Shown here in pieces: positions 27,671 to 36,751 of a stretch of 64,000 bases of DNA; within the stretch, counting starts at the first letter, position 1, and every line of letters begins with the position of its first letter. Under the pieces are notes generated by a model. It did not search any database. It saw only the letters and a program-made list of their open reading frames with translations, and had not been told where the DNA came from. A program made the position numbers and the translations under genes. Origin of the DNA: Candidatus Beckwithbacteria bacterium (GTDB lineage Bacteria; Patescibacteriota; Microgenomatia; UBA1400; CG1-02-47-37); contig JAPLVF010000013.1 in NCBI GenBank assembly GCA_026397255.1, positions 251,532-315,531 on the forward strand, written 5' to 3'.

Positions 27671-29086
27671 ATGCTAGATAAATTTTATGTGACCGCGGCG
27701 ATTCCTTACGTCAACGGATTTCCCCACCTGGGGCATTCTTTGGAGTTTATCGTTACTGATGTCATTCAAAGATACCAAAAACTATTAGGTAAAGAGGTGT
27801 TTTGCGTGTCCGGATCAGATGAAAACGGGCAAAAAATTTTAGAGGCGGTGGCAAAAGAGGGTTTGAAACCGCAGGAATTAGCGGATAAAAATACTTTAAG
27901 ATTTCAAGATCATGCCAAGCATTTAAACGTTCATTTTGATGTCTGGCGCAGGGCGACTGACCAAAAACTCCACTGGCCGGGGGTCAAAGAGTTGTGGCAA
28001 AGATGTATTAAAAGCGGAGATATTTACAAGAAAAAATACAGCGGGCTTTATTGTGTTGGCTGCGAACAGTTTTACACCAAAGACGAGCTTGTTAACGGTA
28101 AATGTCCGGAGCATAACCGGGTGCCGGAATTAATTGAAGAAGAAAATTATTTTTTTAAATTATCCAAGTATCAAAAACAATTGGAAGATTTAATTAAAAA
28201 TGATGAATTAAAGGTGTTTCCGCAAATCCGCAAAAATGAAACCTTAGGTTTTATTAAACAAGGCCTGGAAGACTTTTCGGTTTCGAGACCAAAAGAGCGC
28301 TTGAGCGGCTGGGGCATTCCCGTTCCAAATGATCCAAAACAGGTAATGTATGTTTGGTTTGACGCCTTGACAGTTTATATGACGGCGGTGGGTTGGGGCT
28401 ATGACCAAAAGTTATGGGACAAATGGTGGCCGGCGGATGTCCACGTGATTGGTAAGGGCATTTACCGCTTCCACACGGTTTACTGGCCGGCGATGCTGCT
28501 ATCAGCTAAGCTCCCCTTACCGAAAGCGGTTTTGGTCCACGGCTACATTACCTCCGGAGGCCAGAAAATGGCTAAGTCATTAGGCAATACGATTGATCCG
28601 GAAGAGGTTTTAAACCAGTACGGTGTGGATGCTGTTAGGTATTTTTTACTTAAAGAAATTCCCACTCAATCTGACGGCGATTTTACTCACGAAAGATTTA
28701 AAGAAATATATAATGCTGATTTGGCTAATGGTTTGGGGAACTTGGTTTCCCGGGTGGCCAAAATGGCGGAAAAAGACGGTTTGAGCGGAATTAAAGATTA
28801 TGTGAAGAAAATCACTATTAGCGATGACCTTAATCGTTATGAATTTAACCAGGCATTAATTAAATTGTGGGAAGAATTAAGAAGTTTAGACTTAGAAATT
28901 TCTCGGTTTGAGCCATGGAAGAAAACGGCTGCCGAGCGAAAAAATAAGTTAATTGAGCACTCCAAAAAGTTATTAAGCTTTTCCTGGCAGCTGCAGATAT
29001 TTTTGCCGGAAACAGCCAAAAAAATTGAGAAAATATTCAGCGGGAGTAAAATAAAAATAGAAAAAGGTCTTTTTCTAAGGCTATAA
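27671..29086 (+). CDS. metG: Methionyl-tRNA synthetase, short form lacking the C-terminal tRNA-binding extension.
   Basis: PYVNGFPHLGH (HIGH), Zn knuckle CVGCEQF...CPEH, KMAKSLGN (KMSKS). Confidence 0.9.
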   Translation: MLDKFYVTAAIPYVNGFPHLGHSLEFIVTDVIQRYQKLLGKEVFCVSGSDENGQKILEAVAKEGLKPQELADKNTLRFQDHAKHLNVHFDVWRRATDQKLHWPGVKELWQRCIKSGDIYKKKYSGLYCVGCEQFYTKDELVNGKCPEHNRVPELIEEENYFFKLSKYQKQLEDLIKNDELKVFPQIRKNETLGFIKQGLEDFSVSRPKERLSGWGIPVPNDPKQVMYVWFDALTVYMTAVGWGYDQKLWDKWWPADVHVIGKGIYRFHTVYWPAMLLSAKLPLPKAVLVHGYITSGGQKMAKSLGNTIDPEEVLNQYGVDAVRYFLLKEIPTQSDGDFTHERFKEIYNADLANGLGNLVSRVAKMAEKDGLSGIKDYVKKITISDDLNRYEFNQALIKLWEELRSLDLEISRFEPWKKTAAERKNKLIEHSKKLLSFSWQLQIFLPETAKKIEKIFSGSKIKIEKGLFLRL

Positions 29087-29123
29087 AACGAAGTAATTAG
29101 GTTAGATAAGATATAATTAAGGC

Positions 29124-29945
29124 ATGTTTGTCGATACGCATTGCCATTTGAATTTTGAGGCGTTTGCCAAAGACTGGCAGAGCGTGGTGGAAGAAGCCAA
29201 GCAATCAGGTGTGAGAAAAATGATCCTGGTCGGGACAGATATTAAAACCTGTCAAAAAGCCATCGAGATGGCGAGGGAAACGGCTGAGCTTTACGCCACC
29301 ATCGGCTTTCATCCCCATCACGTTAAGTCTTTGGTCGGTCTTGCCTACGCCCGAGTCCAAATTTGCCAAATTACTGATCAATTAAAAAAACTGGGGAAAA
29401 ATAAAAAAGTGGTGGCTATTGGTGAGTGCGGTCTGGATTATCATGTTTATCGGAAAACAAAATATTCTTCGGAGGTAACTGAAGAGGAAAAAACTTTGCA
29501 AAAACAATTGTTCGGGATGCAAACCCAGTTGGCAAAAGAGTTAAAATTACCGCTCATTATTCATAACCGCGAGGCCGGGGAGGAAACCCTGGATACTTTA
29601 AATCATTTTTGCAAGAATGACGGCAAATACCCCCGGGGTGTATTTCACTGTATCTCCGGCAGTAAAAAGTTGTTGAAAAAAATTCTGGAAATGGGATTTT
29701 TTGTTGGCGTGGATGGAAATATTACTTACAGCCAAGAAGTGCAGGAGTTAGCCAAAAATGCGCCCCTGGACAGAATTTTACTGGAAACTGACGCACCATA
29801 TTTATCGCCCAAACACGACGGCAGCCGGAATTTTCCCCAAAGTGTTAAAATAGTCGCACAGTTTTTAGCGAAACTAAAAGGCACTTCAATTAATCAAATT
29901 GAGACGCAAACCACTAAAAACGCAGAAAAACTGTTTAAGTTATGA
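29124..29945 (+). CDS. tatD: TatD-family metal-dependent DNase/hydrolase.
   Basis: MFVDTHCHLNF at the N-terminus, GECGLDY, and a C-terminal ETDAPYL motif. Confidence 0.85.
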   Translation: MFVDTHCHLNFEAFAKDWQSVVEEAKQSGVRKMILVGTDIKTCQKAIEMARETAELYATIGFHPHHVKSLVGLAYARVQICQITDQLKKLGKNKKVVAIGECGLDYHVYRKTKYSSEVTEEEKTLQKQLFGMQTQLAKELKLPLIIHNREAGEETLDTLNHFCKNDGKYPRGVFHCISGSKKLLKKILEMGFFVGVDGNITYSQEVQELAKNAPLDRILLETDAPYLSPKHDGSRNFPQSVKIVAQFLAKLKGTSINQIETQTTKNAEKLFKL

Positions 29946-31429
29946 GGGGTTGGCTAGTAAACCACGAAAAAAAAGTCTTGCGGGCTTTAGAAATGATGCC
30001 GGGGTTAATTTCCTGGTCGTTGATTATCTTCCCTATCTGGGGGGCTTTTTTAGTCCCGACTCTGGTCGCATATTATATTATTGCTTTTGATGTTTACTGG
30101 CTTTACCGGTCAATTTGGACAGCCATGATGTCACTGTTGGCCCATTTTAGATTAAAAGCAGCTCAGGAATTTGACTGGTTAAAGGAAACCAAGTCGTTTT
30201 TGGATTGGCGGAAAGTTCATCACATTGTGGTAATCCCGACTTATAAAGAACCCGGGCATATTTTGGAAAGAACTTTAACGGCTTTGGCCAAACAAACATA
30301 CCCACGAGAAAATTTAACGGTGGTCATGGCCTTTGAGGAAAGAGAAGGAGAAGAAGCCAGACAAAAAGCAAAACATTTGCAAAGAACTTACGGAAAAGAA
30401 TTTGGAAATTTTTTAATAACTTTCCATCCGGATATCAGGGGCGAAGTTAAAGGGAAATCTTCCAATACAGCCTGGGGGGCAAAAATAGCCAAAAAAATGT
30501 TAGTGGATAAGCAAAAAGCGGACATTGATTATGTGACGATTACTTCCAATGATGCCGACGTCATCCTCCACCGACAATATTTTGCCTACTTAACCTTTAA
30601 ATTTTTAGATGACCCGAGGCGGTATCAAAAAATCTGGCAATCGGCCATACAGTTTTATAACAATATTTGGCGATTGCCGGCAATCACCCGAGCCTACAAC
30701 CGGGTGTCCAGCGTGGTTCAGACGGGCGTGTTAATGCGGCGTGACCGGCTGATGAATTTTTCCACCTATTCCATCAGTTTAAAACTGGTGGATAAAGTCG
30801 GCTATTGGGATGTGGACGTCATCCCGGAAGATTACCGGATGTTTTTTAAGATTTTTTATGCAATTAGGGGTAAGGTGGAAGTAGATCCAATCTTTTTACC
30901 TTCTTTTTGCGACGCGGCCGAATCAACCAGCTGGTGGAAAACAATGGTAAACCAATACGAACAGGTGAAACGCTGGTCTTGGGGGGTCAGCGACGATGCT
31001 TACATTATTTATAAATGGCTGACGGTGCCGAAAATGCCTTTTTGGGAAAAAACAATTAGGTCTTTATATGTGATTAAGGATCATATTTTGTGGCCGGTAA
31101 ACTGGTTCGCGATTACCCTGGGGGCTAATATTCCTCCACTTTTGAATAAAGAGTTTGGGCGAACGATTATCGGGAAAACCTTACCGCAAGTGTCTTCAGG
31201 AATATTAACTTTGTCTTTGGTGGCCTTTGCGGCAATATTTTTCGTTGACTGGCAAGAAAAACCAAAAGCCCCCAAAGAATTAGCCTTGTGGAAAAAGATT
31301 TTCAGCCCGCTGGAATTTGTTTTGCTGCCGGTGGTGGGATTTTTCTTTACCGCCCTGCCGGGATTAGACGCACATACGCGACTGCTTTTGGGAAGATATC
31401 TGGAGTACCGGGTAACAGAAAAAGTGTAG
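29942..31429 (+). CDS. Processive GT2-family membrane glycosyltransferase (cellulose/chitin/PNAG-synthase-like).
   Basis: VVIPTYKEPG (DXD region), ITSNDADVI, and QxxRW motif QYEQVKRWSWG. TM helices at both ends. Confidence 0.7.
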   Translation: MRGWLVNHEKKVLRALEMMPGLISWSLIIFPIWGAFLVPTLVAYYIIAFDVYWLYRSIWTAMMSLLAHFRLKAAQEFDWLKETKSFLDWRKVHHIVVIPTYKEPGHILERTLTALAKQTYPRENLTVVMAFEEREGEEARQKAKHLQRTYGKEFGNFLITFHPDIRGEVKGKSSNTAWGAKIAKKMLVDKQKADIDYVTITSNDADVILHRQYFAYLTFKFLDDPRRYQKIWQSAIQFYNNIWRLPAITRAYNRVSSVVQTGVLMRRDRLMNFSTYSISLKLVDKVGYWDVDVIPEDYRMFFKIFYAIRGKVEVDPIFLPSFCDAAESTSWWKTMVNQYEQVKRWSWGVSDDAYIIYKWLTVPKMPFWEKTIRSLYVIKDHILWPVNWFAITLGANIPPLLNKEFGRTIIGKTLPQVSSGILTLSLVAFAAIFFVDWQEKPKAPKELALWKKIFSPLEFVLLPVVGFFFTALPGLDAHTRLLLGRYLEYRVTEKV

Positions 31430-31448
31430 GGGTAATGTACAATAAGCT

Positions 31449-32873
31449 ATGTGGCAGAAGTTTGTTCATTGGATTGAGAAAAATGAGGGCTTAATTTTAA
31501 TTTTATTGCTGGTGATAATTTTACGGATCCCCTCTTTATACGAACCATATTGGTACGGCGACGAGGGAATTTACCTGACCTTAGGGCAAGCGTTAAGAAA
31601 GGGGTTGGTGTGGTACCGGGATATTCACGATAATAAGCCGCCGATGCTTTACCTAGTGGCGGCTATGGCCGGTAATTTATTTTATTTTAGGTTAATTCTG
31701 CTGGTTTGGTTTGAGGCAACGGTGGTGGCCTTCTTCAGATTAATGCAGTTAATGCTGCCTGGCAAAAAAGCGGCCTGGTATTGGTCAACTTTGATGATGA
31801 TTGGCTTAATCACTTTGGTTGAAGGAAATATTGCCAACGCGGAAATTTTTATGGCGTTACCCACAATTATCGGATTGCTGTTGGTTTTTGGGGGAAGACG
31901 GTTGTTAGCGGCAGGCTGTTTTTTCTCAATGGCGTTTTTATTTAAAGTGCCGGCAGGATTTGATTTTGGGGCGGTTTGGCTCTGGCTAATAATACTTGAA
32001 AAAAACAGACTTAAAAATGTTTTCCGGCTGTCACTGGGATTTATTTTGCCAATTTTGGGGACGATGGGGTATTACGCAATTGCCGGCGGCTTGGAGCCTT
32101 ATGTCCGTTCGGCGCTCTTTCAAAATATCGGCTATTTAAGTTCCTGGAACAATAGCCAATCCGGTCTGGGCGGGCGGGCACTAATCCTGATCGTTTTGCT
32201 GGGGATAATCTTTATTTTAGCTAAAAAATTCAAACTAAAGACCAAGCTTAGCCTCACAATGATGTGGACGGTGATGGCTTTATTTGGGGCATTATTATCA
32301 GCCAGACCATATCCACATTACTTAATTCAACCAGCTATACCGGGAGCAATTTTAATCAGTTGGTTTATTTTTAGCCAAAAGAGGGTTGTCAGGCTGATGA
32401 TTTTGGGCTTGGCTGGTGTCACGATTTTGGCATATTGGCAAATCCATTTTTGGGGTTACCCGATTTTGGCCTATTATAAAAATTTCGGTAATTACGTTTT
32501 AAAGAAAAAATCAACCGAGGATTATCGGAATTGGTTTGATGCAAAAGTTAATCAGAATTATAAAGTGGCAGCAGAGATAAAGGAAAAAACCTTAAAAGAA
32601 GAGCGCATTTTTATTTGGGGAGACGAACCGGGGATTTACGCCTTAGCGGAAAGGCTGCCCATTGGCCGCTACACGGTTGCCTATCATATAATTGATTTTA
32701 ACGGCTTTAAAGAAACCATAGAGGCATGGGATAAACAACCGCCGAAAGTGGTGGTGGTAATGGAATATGAAAGCAAAAAATTTCCGGAAATGGATAGCCG
32801 ACTAAGCACTAATTATGTTTTAACTAGTGAAATTAACCAGGCATTAATTTACCGCCGAGTCGAAACAAAATGA
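31449..32873 (+). CDS. Polytopic membrane protein, GT-C-like putative glycosyltransferase.
   Basis: Early loop YGDEGIYLTLGQAL (DE motif). About 12 TM helices and a C-terminal soluble domain. Confidence 0.5.
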   Translation: MWQKFVHWIEKNEGLILILLLVIILRIPSLYEPYWYGDEGIYLTLGQALRKGLVWYRDIHDNKPPMLYLVAAMAGNLFYFRLILLVWFEATVVAFFRLMQLMLPGKKAAWYWSTLMMIGLITLVEGNIANAEIFMALPTIIGLLLVFGGRRLLAAGCFFSMAFLFKVPAGFDFGAVWLWLIILEKNRLKNVFRLSLGFILPILGTMGYYAIAGGLEPYVRSALFQNIGYLSSWNNSQSGLGGRALILIVLLGIIFILAKKFKLKTKLSLTMMWTVMALFGALLSARPYPHYLIQPAIPGAILISWFIFSQKRVVRLMILGLAGVTILAYWQIHFWGYPILAYYKNFGNYVLKKKSTEDYRNWFDAKVNQNYKVAAEIKEKTLKEERIFIWGDEPGIYALAERLPIGRYTVAYHIIDFNGFKETIEAWDKQPPKVVVVMEYESKKFPEMDSRLSTNYVLTSEINQALIYRRVETK

Positions 32874-33253
32874 AAACACTGAAGCTGGATTTCAAGACAG
32901 TAAAAAAACAAGTGGATACTTTGGCTTCCGACAAGGCTGCAAAAAATGGTTTAAGGCTGCTTTTTGCGGCTCTGGGGGTGAGTTGGTTATGGCTAGGGGG
33001 CTGGTGGCATAAATTACCGCCGGAAGTGCCGTTGTTTTATAGCCTGGCTTATGGTGAGGGCCGGCTGGCCGACAGATGGGAATTATGGTTGTTGCCGGCC
33101 TTGATGCTCTTAGTTGATTTAATCTCGATTAAAGCAGCAGGAAATTTAATTGAAAAAGACAAATTACTGGCGCAAATATTAGTGTGGATAGCGGCAATCA
33201 TAACGACCATGATGTTAATTGCTTTGGTAAAAATAGTTTTTTTAATTACCTGA
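32870..33253 (+). CDS. Small membrane protein, hypothetical.
   Basis: 127 aa with 3-4 TM helices. Overlaps both neighbouring genes by 4 nt, so it sits within an operon. Confidence 0.4.
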   Translation: MKTLKLDFKTVKKQVDTLASDKAAKNGLRLLFAALGVSWLWLGGWWHKLPPEVPLFYSLAYGEGRLADRWELWLLPALMLLVDLISIKAAGNLIEKDKLLAQILVWIAAIITTMMLIALVKIVFLIT

Positions 33254-33256
33254 TTT

Positions 33257-34351
33257 ATGCCCCTGATTCAATTAATTAAACCGTTAATTGTGGCTGTAAT
33301 TTTAAGTTGGCTAAGTACCGGGGCAGTAATTAAAATTTATAAAAAATTGAATTGGCTGGATGATCCCAAAAAACAAAAACACCCTAAGGTGGTGCATCAA
33401 TATCCGGTGCCAAGGGGTGGCGGTTTAGCTATTGCTTTGGCCATTATTAGCTGCAGTTTATTATTTCTGCCCTTAGATAAACATTTGACCGGTATTCTTT
33501 TGGGAACAGTGGTTTTGGCAGTCTTGGGGACAATTGACGATGTAAAAAACTTAAATCCATATAAACGGTTACTTTGGGGTTTCGTCGCGGCCGGCATAGT
33601 GGTAGCGGCCGGCATTGGCGTACCTTATATTTCCAACCCCTTGAAGGCCGGGGCAGTGATTGATTTATCCCAACCACAAGTCCAGGTTTTCTTTTTCGGA
33701 AAATTAAGAACCATCTGGGTTTTAGCTGACATCATGGCTTTAATCTGGATTGTAGGAACAATGAATTTTGTCAATTGGGCTAAGGGGGTAGACGGACAGT
33801 TGCCGGGAATTGTGGTGATCGCCGGAATTATTGTCGGTTTGTTAAGCTTAAAGTTTGCCGGGGATGTGACCCAATGGCCGGTAATTGTTTTGGCTTTGAT
33901 TTTGGCCGGAGCTTATTTAGGATTTTTAGTTTGGAATTTTTATCCGCAGAAGATTATGCCGGGGTACGGCGGCGGGGCTTTGGCCGGTTATTTTTTGGCA
34001 GTGTTGGCGATTTTATCAGGAGCAAAAGTGGCCACGGCAATTTTGGTTTTAGGCGTACCGATGATTGATGCGATTTACAGTGTTTTAAGGCGGGTTTTGG
34101 CCGGAAAATCTCCGGTTTGGGGCGACCGGGGACACTTGCACCACAAATTAATGGATTTAGGTTGGGGGAAAAGGCGAATTGCTGTATTTTATTGGCTGGT
34201 ATCCGGGGTTTTGGGTTGGTTAGCCCTGAAATTGAATAGTCAATATAAACTCTATACAATGATTTTATTAGGAGTAATTATCGGAGGAGCGCTTTTATGG
34301 TTGAATATGGCTACCTACTTCTTAAAGAAGCCCGGCCAAGACAAATCCTGA
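33257..34351 (+). CDS. Polyprenyl-phosphate N-acetylhexosamine-1-phosphate transferase of the MraY/WecA family (Pfam Glycos_transf_4).
   Basis: NFVNWAKGVDGQLPG resembles the N-x-x-N-x-x-D-G-x-D-G-L motif. 10-11 TM helices. No cell-division genes nearby, so a WecA-like initiating transferase is favoured over MraY. Confidence 0.65.
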   Translation: MPLIQLIKPLIVAVILSWLSTGAVIKIYKKLNWLDDPKKQKHPKVVHQYPVPRGGGLAIALAIISCSLLFLPLDKHLTGILLGTVVLAVLGTIDDVKNLNPYKRLLWGFVAAGIVVAAGIGVPYISNPLKAGAVIDLSQPQVQVFFFGKLRTIWVLADIMALIWIVGTMNFVNWAKGVDGQLPGIVVIAGIIVGLLSLKFAGDVTQWPVIVLALILAGAYLGFLVWNFYPQKIMPGYGGGALAGYFLAVLAILSGAKVATAILVLGVPMIDAIYSVLRRVLAGKSPVWGDRGHLHHKLMDLGWGKRRIAVFYWLVSGVLGWLALKLNSQYKLYTMILLGVIIGGALLWLNMATYFLKKPGQDKS

Positions 34352-35223
34352 AAAATTTAGCCTTGTTCACCGGTTTAATATTTTCCGGATGGCTGTTTAT
34401 CGCGGAAAAGTTTTGGATAGTGGCCATGTCTTTTGTAGTTTTTTCAATTCTGACCGGGTCGATTTATATTTTCAACGACATTATTGATATTAAGGCTGAT
34501 AAAAACCATCCGTTTAAAAAATTCCGGCCCTTGGCGAGCGGTAAACTGCCGATTCCCATCGCCTTATTTTTTAGTCTGGCGGGAATATTAATCAGCCTAA
34601 CCTTGGGTTGGTCACTGTCTTATTTTTTATTTTTAATTATGATCGGCTATATAGGATTGCAGCTACTATATACTTTGAGTTTTAAACATAAGCCTATTCT
34701 TGACGTGATGACGATTGCGATGGGGTTTGTGATCAGGGTTTACGGCGGCGCCCTGGTGATCAGCGCCCATTTGAATGTATGGCTGCTCTTATGTATTATT
34801 TCTTTCTCATTATTTTTGGCGATCGGAAAGAGGCGAAGTGAATTGACTTTATTACAAGGGCAGTCGGCCAGCCGCCTGGTTTTAGGACGATACCCAGAGA
34901 AACTACTGGATTTGTATACGGCGATGTTCGCCAATACCACCTGGTTGACTTACGCTCTATTTACTTTTATGTTTCCGGCGTTTGAATTTAAGGGCAGAGT
35001 CCTAACTTTGTTATCAACCCTACCCCACACTTTCCGCTCAGAAAAATGGCTAATGGCCACAATTCCTCTGGTAATTTACGGAGTTATGCGTTATTTGCAA
35101 TTGATTTACGAGCGTAATGAAGGCGAATCGCCGGAAAAAATTCTCACTTCAGACAAAGGAATGTTAATCACGGTAGTGATTTGGGGATTGATGACAATCG
35201 GAATTCTTTACGGGTTAGGATAA
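34297..35223 (+). CDS. UbiA-superfamily prenyl-phosphate transferase, decaprenyl-phosphate phosphoribosyltransferase (DPPR synthase)-like.
   Basis: FNDIIDIKADKNHPFKKFRPLASG (Asp-rich motif 1 plus an HPxKxxRPxAxG-like stretch). 8-9 TM helices. The 5' end overlaps the upstream gene by 55 nt, so the true start may be downstream. Confidence 0.65.
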   Translation: MVEYGYLLLKEARPRQILKNLALFTGLIFSGWLFIAEKFWIVAMSFVVFSILTGSIYIFNDIIDIKADKNHPFKKFRPLASGKLPIPIALFFSLAGILISLTLGWSLSYFLFLIMIGYIGLQLLYTLSFKHKPILDVMTIAMGFVIRVYGGALVISAHLNVWLLLCIISFSLFLAIGKRRSELTLLQGQSASRLVLGRYPEKLLDLYTAMFANTTWLTYALFTFMFPAFEFKGRVLTLLSTLPHTFRSEKWLMATIPLVIYGVMRYLQLIYERNEGESPEKILTSDKGMLITVVIWGLMTIGILYGLG

Positions 35224-35461
35224 AGATTTATTGATTAAATCGAAATGAATCTTCGACGGATTGAATCACGACCTCCCATGCATTTAAGTCATCTAAAGAT
35301 ATTCTGCTGAGTGATTTTGGTGAGTCAGGATTATTTATCTCATCTTGAGTGATAGATTTTTCTCCTTTTAGGGCTAAGCTTTTCCCAGAGACCGGAATTG
35401 AAACAATTATAGGAGTTGCCTCTTCTTCTATGCCAGCAATGGAAAATATTTGTACTTCTAT

Positions 35462-35710
35462 TCAATCTATCTGTCTACTAATTTGTTTATGCTGTCTACT
35501 AATTTGTTTATGAAGGAGGGGGTATTTGGCTCTAGCAACTGGTGACAGCAACCCGTATAGCAGTTTATCCCCAAAATTCCGTTCATCAGGGATGGGTTGA
35601 CCATGATCTAGTAATAACTTTCTGGCTTGCGCGGTAAGAGCCGTTATTTTCTCAACTTTTGGTTGATTTTCCTGATTGAAAGCCTTAGCTTCCTCTAGTA
35701 ATAATCCCAT
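35462..35710 (-). CDS. Small hypothetical protein containing an in-frame 21-nt tandem duplication.
   Basis: 82-aa ORF ending ...HKQISRQHKQISRQID, produced by the duplicated 21-mer at 35471-35512. Confidence 0.3.
   Translation of the reverse strand: MGLLLEEAKAFNQENQPKVEKITALTAQARKLLLDHGQPIPDERNFGDKLLYGLLSPVARAKYPLLHKQISRQHKQISRQID
35471..35512. repeat. Perfect 21-nt tandem duplication (ctgtctactaatttgtttatg x2).
   Basis: Read directly from the sequence. Confidence 0.9.
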
Positions 35711-35751
35711 ACTATTCTCCTTGGGCAGGAAAATTAATAAATCGTGTTTTC

Positions 35752-36663
35752 TTACTCGTATTTTTCGGCGTACTTGCCGGAAATCCAGCCTTCTTTACCG
35801 GTAGCATATTCGATTTTGTACCAACCGGATTGGCTATCAACTAAAGGAAATTTCTGGCCATGGTCAACTTTGGTTAGTTCTTCGCCGCTGGTTGACGGCT
35901 CGCTTCTGACCCTTACCCAACCGGTATCAGGAGCGTTAATCTGAACGTAGGGCCGGGCCAGTTCAGCTGAACCGGTGGCGGTTTTGGGCGAGGGCTTGGG
36001 GGTGGCTTTAGGCGAGGCCGCCGGGGTGGCTTCAGGTATTTCTTCCTGAGGAGCAATCTCCGCCAAACGAGCTAACTGAACAGAAGCAATTAATTTATTC
36101 CCTTTAACGGTTTTGGCTTTAATAGTTTTATCCTTAAACCCAGGTGAGGAAATTAATAAAACGTGGTCACCTTCGGAAATTTTATCTAAAGAAATCGGGG
36201 CAAAGCCACGGGGTTCGCCGTCCAGATTAACCACGGCGCCGTCGGGAGTAGTCACGACAGAGATGGAACTAGAACTTTTATCGGCAATTGGTTCAAAAGA
36301 CAAAATTTCGCCGGAAGACAAGTCGGCAGTTAAGGCTAATTCGCGATCAACCACAGTGAGAATGCCCGGGCTTAAAGTAACCCGTCCTTCCCAAGGATTC
36401 AGGGCTTGTCCGGAAGACTCAGGCACAATTTTTAAAACATAGTCGCCGGATTTTAATTTTTCGTTATAATAAGGCGTTTGGCCTAAATGCTGGCCGTCAA
36501 GAAAAACAGTCGCCTGGGGAGTAGTAGAAACAGAAAGGGCAGCCTGTTTCCGGCCGGGGAAAGTACAACCGGAGAAAAAAACTATAAACAGCAATAAGCA
36601 AGTAGTAAGTAGTGATTTTTTCAGCATCGGGAAAATTTTAACAATAAATCTGATAAAATACAA
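35752..36663 (-). CDS. Lipoprotein-like secreted protein with two PEGA domains and a C-terminal bacterial SH3 (SH3b) domain.
   Basis: N-terminal signal with Cys (FFSGCTF). PEGA-like TPQATVFLDGQHLGQTPY and VTTPDGAVVNLDGEPRG. C-terminal WVRVRSEPSTSGEELTKVDHGQKFPLVDSQSGWYKIEY is SH3b. Confidence 0.6.
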   Translation of the reverse strand: MYFIRFIVKIFPMLKKSLLTTCLLLFIVFFSGCTFPGRKQAALSVSTTPQATVFLDGQHLGQTPYYNEKLKSGDYVLKIVPESSGQALNPWEGRVTLSPGILTVVDRELALTADLSSGEILSFEPIADKSSSSISVVTTPDGAVVNLDGEPRGFAPISLDKISEGDHVLLISSPGFKDKTIKAKTVKGNKLIASVQLARLAEIAPQEEIPEATPAASPKATPKPSPKTATGSAELARPYVQINAPDTGWVRVRSEPSTSGEELTKVDHGQKFPLVDSQSGWYKIEYATGKEGWISGKYAEKYE

Positions 36664-36677
36664 ATAAGGTTTGTTAT

Positions 36678-36748
36678 GGCCTGGTGTCCGAATAGCTAGG
36701 AAGCGGTCTGCAAAACCGCGTACGTGGGTGCAAATCCCGCCCAGGCCT
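36678..36748 (+). tRNA. tRNA-Cys (anticodon GCA), with CCA not encoded.
   Basis: Perfect 7-bp acceptor stem (GGCCTGG/CCAGGCC) and 5-bp anticodon stem (GCGGT/ACCGC). Loop CTGCAAA carries U33 and A37. Discriminator U73 is the Cys identity element. D-stem is 3 bp. T-arm is GTGGG-TGCAAAT-CCCGC with an atypical G at position 55 and one G-U pair. Confidence 0.6.
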
Positions 36749-36751
36749 CTT

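Noticed and set aside
35224-35461. Possible continuation of the 35462-35710 gene caused by a repeat-induced frameshift.
   Set aside because: The duplicated unit is 21 nt, which is in-frame, so no frameshift arises. The downstream open frame (IEVQIFSIAG...) has no start codon.
36671-36751. The 5' extension of the GT4 ORF (track start 36671), translated as MLWPGVRIARKRSAKPRTWVQIPPRPL.
   Set aside because: This stretch is the tRNA-Cys gene read as protein. The real CDS starts at ATG 36752 (MHIVQ...).
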